NCBI GenBank assembly: GCA_050951805.1
Contig: JBMNJT010000008.1
Span: 128,001-192,000 of the forward strand
DNA length: 64,000 nucleotides
Reading direction: 5' to 3'
Origin: Bacillota bacterium
GTDB taxonomy: Bacteria; Bacillota; DTU025
Part shown: one piece after another, positions 57,478 to 64,000 of the stretch
Position numbering within the stretch: the stretch's first letter is position 1
Layout: every line of letters begins with the position of its first letter
The notes under the pieces: generated by a model
Database searches by the model: none
What the model saw: only the letters and a program-made list of their open reading frames with translations
What the model was told of the DNA's origin: nothing
Made by a program: the position numbers and the translations under genes

Positions 57478-59016
57478 CTATTTGACCGGCACGATCCTTA
57501 TCTCGGAAGAGGCCTCAACGCTCTCATGTTCCATAAGGTATCCTGCGACGATGTCCCTGAGCATTTCGCCGCTGTCGAAGATAATGTTGGCCTCCTTGAA
57601 CCATACATAGCCGTCGCCGCCTGCTGCCATGAAATCATTTGTGGCCACGGTGTAGAGTCGGTCGGGATCTAGGGGTTCGCCTGCTACGAGCACTTCCAGG
57701 ATGCGTGATCCGGCGGGCTTCGACGGGTCGAATCTCAAGGTAAGCCCTGAAACCTGAGCGAAGGAACCCGCTTGATTCGGGTAGCTGCTCAGTCCGTGCT
57801 CTAATGCGGCCAGGATCTTGTCGCCGCTAAGCTCGATGACGACGAGGGAGTTGTCGAAGGGCAGGACAGTATAGACGTTGCCCATCGTGATGTCGCCCGC
57901 GGGGATGCTAGCTCTGATGCCGCCGCCGTTGGTTATGACGATGTCGGCGCCGGACGCTTCTCTCAGGGCATCGGTGATCAAGTTCGACATGTTGGTTGTG
58001 CGGGTTCGGACATTGGCGCGCTCGCCGTCGAGGGCGACTTTGGTGTGTCCTACTACTTGGGCCATTCTGTCCTCGAGTGCGGCATTGTACTTTCTTATGA
58101 TTGTTTCGATGCCGGAGTCAGGCGCGGAGTTTGGCCGGGATGCGTCCATCGCAACCAGCCCGCCTCCAAAACTCTCGATCTTCCCGTCGACGACTTCGAT
58201 TTCCAACACTCCAAGGTGCTTTGCCCATTCACCGGCCTGGACCACTATGGCACCCCCCACAAGTTTCGGCTCGGGGACCTCGGTGTGCGAGTGGCCGCCA
58301 ACGATTATGTCAATTCCAGGGACCGCTGCGGCGAGCTTCAGGTCAGTGTCGTATCCAAGGTGTGAAAGGCAGAGAACGATATCGGCCTCGGCCCGAAGAT
58401 TTGGAACGACTGCCCGGGCAGTCTCGATCGGGTCGGCGAACGTGAGGCCTATCACGTTTTTCGGGTGGGTGACGATGGGGGTCTCAACCGGGCTGAGACC
58501 GAACATGCCTATCTTCACGCCGCCGATTTCGGTGATGAACGAGTTCTCTACGAATAGCTCGCCTGAATCTGCGTAGACCACGTTGGAGGCGAGAAATGGG
58601 AAGTTTGCCGCGGACTCCAGGTCCTTCAAAACTTGCTGCCCGTAGTTGAACTCATGATTGCCGAGAACCGTGGCCGCAAAACCCATATCGTTCATGGCTT
58701 CGATCATGGGCATTCCGCTGAAGAGGTTGACGATATTCGTTCCGTGGACCATGTCGCCGGCTGAGAGCAGAAGCAAATTGGCTTCGGGATCCTTCCTTAA
58801 CTCGTCGATGTATGCGGCGATCTTGGTCATTCCGCCAATGGGGTCAGTCCCGTCTGATACAAATGGCTCCATGCGTCCATGGACGTCGTTGACATGGAGT
58901 ATGGTGATGTGCGTGGTGCCTTCTGCTGCAAATGCCGATCCGTAGAGTCCGAAGACTGTCAGAAGCGCAATGAGGAGAAAGACTATCGAGAGATTGAGTC
59001 TGGACTTCTTGGGCAT
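57478..59016 (-). CDS. Secreted bifunctional metallophosphoesterase / 5'-nucleotidase (UshA-like)
   Basis: Signal peptide; LHVNDVHG, AGD, LGNHEF, LSHLG, GGHSH, NGGGIR, LPFDN, FMAAGGDGY. Confidence 0.93.
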   Translation of the reverse strand: MPKKSRLNLSIVFLLIALLTVFGLYGSAFAAEGTTHITILHVNDVHGRMEPFVSDGTDPIGGMTKIAAYIDELRKDPEANLLLLSAGDMVHGTNIVNLFSGMPMIEAMNDMGFAATVLGNHEFNYGQQVLKDLESAANFPFLASNVVYADSGELFVENSFITEIGGVKIGMFGLSPVETPIVTHPKNVIGLTFADPIETARAVVPNLRAEADIVLCLSHLGYDTDLKLAAAVPGIDIIVGGHSHTEVPEPKLVGGAIVVQAGEWAKHLGVLEIEVVDGKIESFGGGLVAMDASRPNSAPDSGIETIIRKYNAALEDRMAQVVGHTKVALDGERANVRTRTTNMSNLITDALREASGADIVITNGGGIRASIPAGDITMGNVYTVLPFDNSLVVIELSGDKILAALEHGLSSYPNQAGSFAQVSGLTLRFDPSKPAGSRILEVLVAGEPLDPDRLYTVATNDFMAAGGDGYVWFKEANIIFDSGEMLRDIVAGYLMEHESVEASSEIRIVPVK

Positions 59017-59263
59017 GATGATCCTCCTTTTTTAGGCACAGTAGTGCAAGATGTTAATTGGAAGTTTCTTCGTGAACGTGAAAACTCCTCTCTATACATA
59101 CAATGGCAGGGACATGCCTTGCTTCTAGGGTGATTAAGGGGCTTTGTGCCATGAAATCGCAAAACCGCCGATTTTAGCACACTTTCTTTGTGAATCGTCG
59201 AAGGAGTTTGCGTTGCAGGCTAGAATATGAAGGGCAAGACCTTGTCACTGAGGAGGGGTATAA

Positions 59264-59905
59264 ATGAAAAAGGCATCAATTATGGGACTAGCCCTAGTGT
59301 TGGTCCTGGCGGCCAGCGCGTTTGCTTCCGCGGCCAATTATGTCGGCGGCGGGCTAGGAATCAAGGCGGCAGCTGATGCAAGTGACGCAAAGGGGATCAT
59401 AGGCGCTCTCAGCCTCGACTTTGACGTTATGGAGAAGCTGACGCTCTCTGCCAACGGCTACATCGAGTTCAAACAGAAGGTTGAAGAGGAGCCTCCGGCC
59501 ACCGACGCGGCGCTCACCATGCCGAAGTTCGAGGAGCCCACGTATTTTGGGGGCGTTTACGGCAAGTATGCACTGACCAGCTTCGATGCGCTGAAGCTCG
59601 GCGCGGTTGCGGGAGTCAACTTCAACAACGGATTCATCGTCCCAAAAGAGGACGTAGAATCTGGGACAGACGAGCCTGCTGCTGAACCCAGCAAAGTCGA
59701 CTATGGCGCGGGCATCTTTGCCGAGCAGCCTCTGGGCGAGACGGGCACCATCTATGGGCAGGCCATGTATTGGATGCAGGAGAAGGGCGTAGGCGGGCTT
59801 GGCGGAATCAACTTCAAGCTCACCGACAAGATCGCGGTCAAGGGCCAGATCGAGTACGTCAAGAAGCAGCCTCTCTTCTCGATCGGTGTCGGATACACCT
59901 TCTAG
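59264..59905 (+). CDS. Putative outer-membrane beta-barrel protein (about 8 strands)
   Basis: Signal peptide ending AFASA; alternating amphipathic strands; acidic loops; C-terminal FSIGVGYTF (BAM-signal-like); strong GAGGAGG RBS. Confidence 0.7.
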   Translation: MKKASIMGLALVLVLAASAFASAANYVGGGLGIKAAADASDAKGIIGALSLDFDVMEKLTLSANGYIEFKQKVEEEPPATDAALTMPKFEEPTYFGGVYGKYALTSFDALKLGAVAGVNFNNGFIVPKEDVESGTDEPAAEPSKVDYGAGIFAEQPLGETGTIYGQAMYWMQEKGVGGLGGINFKLTDKIAVKGQIEYVKKQPLFSIGVGYTF

Positions 59906-59955
59906 AGGCCCAGGAACGGGCTACTCTCGAGAGCAGCTATTCTTAGGCAGTTACT

Positions 59956-59989
59956 GGGCCGCCCGCGCGGGCGGCCCTCTCTATTTTGT
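59956..59989 (+). terminator. Intrinsic terminator after the first beta-barrel gene
   Basis: GGGCCGCCCGCGCGGGCGGCCC palindrome followed by TCTCTATTTT. Confidence 0.7.
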
Positions 59990-60071
59990 TAATGGAATTG
60001 CTTGTTAACAGAAGCACAGAAGCGGCAACAATGTGGGCCGCTGGCATACGAACAGCAAAGGGGGAGACATC

Positions 60072-60596
60072 ATGAAAAAGTATGCAGTGCCGATTATCCT
60101 GGCTTTTACTCTTGTTATTGCAAGTGGACTGGCCTCTGCGTCACACCTCTCTGCAGGCTATATATCCCGCGATGGGCAACTCAACTTCACGCTTGGAGGC
60201 AGGTACGATCTGGGCCGGGGTTCGTCTGTTGAAGGCTCCTACACGGTGCTTCCCGGGGGGTATGATGTGGCGGCAAGGTACAAGATGGCCCTTTACAGGA
60301 GCTCTGTAGTGGCAGGCCCGGTCTTCGAGGGCAGGCTCATCGGGGATCATGTTTACACTTCACAGGCTCTTTCGGCGGGGGTTTTTGCTGAGAAGATCGG
60401 GGTGACAGGTCTTGGACTCCATGGGGGTCTCGTGTTCAGGCAAAGGCTAGACGCCTCAGGTGGCGGACTCGTGGCCAATGTAGGAGCGCGGATGGCTCTC
60501 TCAGACCCGCTTTTCCTGGGAGTTGACGCTTCTATGGGCCTTACCGGCGGAGTGGCAGGGACTGAGGTCGGATTCACGGTGGGGTATTCTTTTTAG
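60072..60596 (+). CDS. Putative outer-membrane beta-barrel protein
   Basis: Signal peptide MKKYAVPIILAFTLVIASGLASA; Gly-rich amphipathic strands; C-terminal VGFTVGYSF. Confidence 0.65.
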   Translation: MKKYAVPIILAFTLVIASGLASASHLSAGYISRDGQLNFTLGGRYDLGRGSSVEGSYTVLPGGYDVAARYKMALYRSSVVAGPVFEGRLIGDHVYTSQALSAGVFAEKIGVTGLGLHGGLVFRQRLDASGGGLVANVGARMALSDPLFLGVDASMGLTGGVAGTEVGFTVGYSF

Positions 60597-60877
60597 GGAA
60601 GCGCCTCGCGCTTGTTCTCAAATGGAATGGTCGGTTGTCAGCTGTTGCCCACTGGCGGCAGAGCCTGACAGCACCGATGATTGCAGGGGGATTCGAACAT
60701 GTCGAAGCCCCCTGCTTCTTGTTGGGTCAGGGGATGCAATGGGGGTCACCCGGGTGATTTGTTAGCAGATGCAGGAAAATATGGGACCATGACGTAAGTA
60801 ATACCATCAAATGACGGCGATGTCGGCAACTGCTTGATACAGTTGTCGACGTCAAGTGAAGGGTGGGGGGCTTGCTC

Positions 60878-62461
60878 ATGGAAGAACCCCGATACTCCGC
60901 AAAATCCCGTGTTTTAGCGGCTGTTTGCATTTCTGTCGCCATTGTGCTGTCTTTTTTTCTATTGTCGGGTGAAGCTAGAGCGCACGAGGGACAATGGAAA
61001 TATGGAGGAAGTTCGGCGTTTAAGGTCTATTGGCAGAATGCGCTCAGGATCGATAACTCCACAAGTCTGTATATCTTTGGCACCACGGGTCCATTGAGGG
61101 TAGGAGTGCAGGCCAAGGTGTTGGCGGCTAACTGGGGAATTCCAGGTGAGGCGCTGATGTTGGGACCTTTGGGTGAATGGACGGAAAGGTGGAGCGTTTC
61201 ATTGCAAGCGCCAACGGCCTCCCTACAGCTGGGAGATGTCTATATTCCCACCATGTCAGGGCTTTACTTGGCGGGCAGGTCCTTGCATGGAGGGGTCGGA
61301 AGTGTATGGGGCAGTGCGGGAGGCGTTTCTGGCACCGTAACAGGATTCTGCGGAACGAATGCCGTGAGCTCGGGCTTTACTGTTAACTCATACCAAGTAA
61401 GTGGAGGCTCTGCAGAAGCCAGCTTTGGTAGAAAGATTGGCCTGTCGTTGCGCGGTCTTTCGGGCGAACGGGACGGCTTCGATGTTGATCTGGTCGGAGC
61501 GCGAATCTGGGCTGCTCTAGGGAATGCCGATATCACAGGAGAGCTTGTCGGATCCAGGAACAACCCGGTAGGTGAGTCGGGCTATACTGCGCTTGCAGGC
61601 GCCAGAGTGCCTGCTTGCGGCGGAGTGTTGTCTCTGTCGGGCAAATATGCCAGCGATGAGTTTGTCTCGCTTAATCCGGCGGTTTCAGGTAGCAAAGGGG
61701 GCAATGCGGAAACGTCGATTTCGTGGTCAGGCGATGTGCTGCGAAGCTCAGCAGGGCATGCGATGCGTTTTGCAGTCACCGGGACGTTAGCTGCCGACAA
61801 CATGGATGGCTCGGCGCCCGTTCAGAATGTGGAACGCTCGGCTGAATCTCAGGTGACCCTCGTTTCCGGGCGGGGCCAGCTCATCGAAGGGAAATACACA
61901 GTATTGCACTGGGAATCAGATGAGGAACCGGCGCCGAACTACATGAAAACAAAGCACGTTGCGTCTATTGAGTCGGCTTTTCCTGTAAAGATGGGGCCGG
62001 GCACTGTCGATGTTGGCACTAGGGCAATCCATTCCGTTGTCATAGACCACGTTGGTCGCTTTCGTGACGCGCTTGATCTTCTGTCAATGTCAGGCGCTGG
62101 GAGCATAGGAGAGACGGAATATGCTGTCAAGGCCGGATGGAGCAGATCAGTCAGGGATACTGCGGGTTACGAAAAACGTGACCTCGAGGCTTCACTTTCG
62201 TTGTCCCGCCCCATCGCGGCAGGATTATTCATTGGGGGCTTGAATGCAACAGCATACGATTCGCGCGCATTCGGGGCGGGGGACGCTGAACCGGAGAGTG
62301 TTAAGGACGCTTTAAAGGTTAGAGTCTGGCTACGGTACGCGTCCAAGCCTTGGATGGAGGCGGCGATAGGGGCAAATGCAACGCGGGCGTGGAAGGGGCC
62401 GGAGATGGCCCCCCATGATTTAGACTGTTTCATTCAGGGAGAGCTGAAGGTCAGGTTTTAG
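60878..62461 (+). CDS. Putative large outer-membrane beta-barrel protein
   Basis: Signal peptide ending EARA; long run of alternating strand pattern; C-terminal FIQGELKVRF. Confidence 0.6.
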   Translation: MEEPRYSAKSRVLAAVCISVAIVLSFFLLSGEARAHEGQWKYGGSSAFKVYWQNALRIDNSTSLYIFGTTGPLRVGVQAKVLAANWGIPGEALMLGPLGEWTERWSVSLQAPTASLQLGDVYIPTMSGLYLAGRSLHGGVGSVWGSAGGVSGTVTGFCGTNAVSSGFTVNSYQVSGGSAEASFGRKIGLSLRGLSGERDGFDVDLVGARIWAALGNADITGELVGSRNNPVGESGYTALAGARVPACGGVLSLSGKYASDEFVSLNPAVSGSKGGNAETSISWSGDVLRSSAGHAMRFAVTGTLAADNMDGSAPVQNVERSAESQVTLVSGRGQLIEGKYTVLHWESDEEPAPNYMKTKHVASIESAFPVKMGPGTVDVGTRAIHSVVIDHVGRFRDALDLLSMSGAGSIGETEYAVKAGWSRSVRDTAGYEKRDLEASLSLSRPIAAGLFIGGLNATAYDSRAFGAGDAEPESVKDALKVRVWLRYASKPWMEAAIGANATRAWKGPEMAPHDLDCFIQGELKVRF

Positions 62462-62686
62462 GGCCGCCCATTTGTGGCTGTGAGGACGCACGCGCACTCT
62501 CGATTTCGGCAAACTCTTCTTCTGCCGTTTGACTTGCCTCAACATATCCATGACATTTGTAGGTGTGACAGGCAATGGGGCAGCCTAGACTTGGCGTAAT
62601 CTCCGGGCTTCTCCAAAAGGGAAACGGGTTTTTGAAGGATGGGAGTATACAATGGCGAATATCTCCTAACTGTGAGGTGATTTGCC

Positions 62687-64000
62687 ATGCGACCGCGTGA
62701 CGAGTATGCAGAACCGTATCGAGTCAAGATGGTTGAACCTATCAAGATGACCACGAGGGAGGAAAGAATCGGGAAAATCGAGGGTGCTGGGTACAACGTC
62801 TTCAACCTCAGAGCCGAAGATGTATACATCGACCTTCTCACCGACAGCGGAACGCCAGCAATGAGCGACACTCAATGGGCTGCCCTCATGTGTGGGGATG
62901 AAGCTTACGCTGGCAGCAAGAGTTTCTACCGCTTCCGGGACGTAGTGCGGAACATCACGGGCTACGAATACGTGATCCCGGCTCACCAGGGGCGGGGCGC
63001 CGAACACGTGATCATGACGGCACTTGTGAAAGATGGGGATGCGGTCCTCGGAAATATGCACTTTGACACCACCATGGGTCACATTCTCCTCCGAGGCGCA
63101 GAACCGGTCAATCTCTTGAAGAAGGAGGGGTATGAGGTCGAAAGCACCGAACCGTTCAAAGGCAACATTGATATTGAGGCCCTCGAGAGGGAGCTTGATA
63201 AGCGCGGATCCGAGAAGGTTCCGTTCGTGCTCATGACGGTAACGTGCAATAGCAATGGCGGGCAACCCGTATCCATGGAGAACATAAAGGCGGCCAGTGA
63301 GATAGCGCACAAACACAATGTGCCGCTATTTTTTGATTGTGCCAGGTTTGCCGAAAACTCGTGGTTTATCAAGAATCGCGAACCCGGATATGAGAATAAG
63401 AGCTTGCTCGAGATCGCCCAGGAGATGTTCTCCTACGGAGACGGCTGTATAATGAGCGCAAAGAAAGATGCGCTGGTCAATATCGGAGGGTTTGCCGCCG
63501 TGCGTGACCCCGACATCTATCATAAGGCCATCGAATGGGAAATACCCTTCGAAGGCTATTTGACATACGGCGGCCTTGCCGGACGAGACCTCGAGGCCAT
63601 GGCGCAGGGTCTTTCGGAAGTGTTGGACGACGACTACCTTGAGGACCGCATCGGTCAAGTTGCCTACCTCGCCGACCTTTTACTAGAGAGGGGAGTGCCG
63701 GTGATAACGCCCGCAGGCGGACATGGCGTATATGTTGATGCCAAAGCCGTGTTGCCCCATATTCCGCAATCTGAGTTTCCGGCCCAGGCGATGACGGTGG
63801 AACTGTACATCGAGGGCGGGGTTCGTGGCGTGGAGCTCGGCGCATGCGCCTTCGCCCGGACTGATCCGGCCACTGGCGAGACTATCTATCCAGAGCTGGA
63901 ACTGGTCAGGCTGGCTATTCCGCGACGAGTCTACACTGACAGGCACATGCTCCAAGTGGCAAGGGCCTTCGAGGGCATCCTTGAGAGGCGGAGCTCCATC
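62687..64000 (+). CDS. tnaA: Tryptophanase, 3'-truncated by the window edge (absent from the ORF track)
   Basis: ATG 62687 after GAGGTGA: AEPYRVKMVE, YIDLLTDSGT, GDEAYAGS, HQGRGAE, NMHFDTT, MSAKKD, GVELG. FDTT, SAKK and the lack of the Tpl Arg (SMERG) favour TnaA over tyrosine phenol-lyase. Confidence 0.85.
   Translation, partial: MRPRDEYAEPYRVKMVEPIKMTTREERIGKIEGAGYNVFNLRAEDVYIDLLTDSGTPAMSDTQWAALMCGDEAYAGSKSFYRFRDVVRNITGYEYVIPAHQGRGAEHVIMTALVKDGDAVLGNMHFDTTMGHILLRGAEPVNLLKKEGYEVESTEPFKGNIDIEALERELDKRGSEKVPFVLMTVTCNSNGGQPVSMENIKAASEIAHKHNVPLFFDCARFAENSWFIKNREPGYENKSLLEIAQEMFSYGDGCIMSAKKDALVNIGGFAAVRDPDIYHKAIEWEIPFEGYLTYGGLAGRDLEAMAQGLSEVLDDDYLEDRIGQVAYLADLLLERGVPVITPAGGHGVYVDAKAVLPHIPQSEFPAQAMTVELYIEGGVRGVELGACAFARTDPATGETIYPELELVRLAIPRRVYTDRHMLQVARAFEGILERRSSI

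Noticed and set aside
62539-63955. Several minus-strand ORFs listed in the track
   Set aside because: All are antisense to the tryptophanase reading frame.

Overview
A 64-kb, GC-rich chromosomal window from what looks like an anaerobic, Bacillota-type bacterium (PyrR attenuators with pyrK-pyrD, YhaO/YhaN, YmaF) that also appears to have an outer membrane (three tandem beta-barrel-like proteins and an RseB/MucB homolog). Most of it is core metabolism: the end of a Liv-type ABC operon, pyrRBCKDFE, thrCB-folK, GH57 branching enzyme plus glgA, OadA- and OadB-like genes, a 5'-nucleotidase, and a tryptophanase that runs off the right edge and is missing from the ORF track. The most unusual items are: (1) a CPSF73-like beta-CASP nuclease with four C-terminal KH-like units; (2) a two-gene operon of a serine-palmitoyltransferase-like enzyme and a Zn-dehydrogenase, a candidate sphingoid/amino-alcohol lipid pathway; (3) an rpoE-rseA-rseB-like locus with a consensus sigmaE promoter, whose sigma gene is split by a +1 frameshift and lies back-to-back with a rhomboid protease; (4) a secreted ankyrin protein with a 52-aa Trp/Asp tract, followed by a duplication-deletion scar; (5) a protein ending in a TFIIB-like repeat; (6) several deletion-riddled relics (IS110, IS1634-like, group II intron RT, vapBC). 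I saw no rRNA, tRNA or CRISPR array. All family calls come from reading motifs by eye; no database searches were run.
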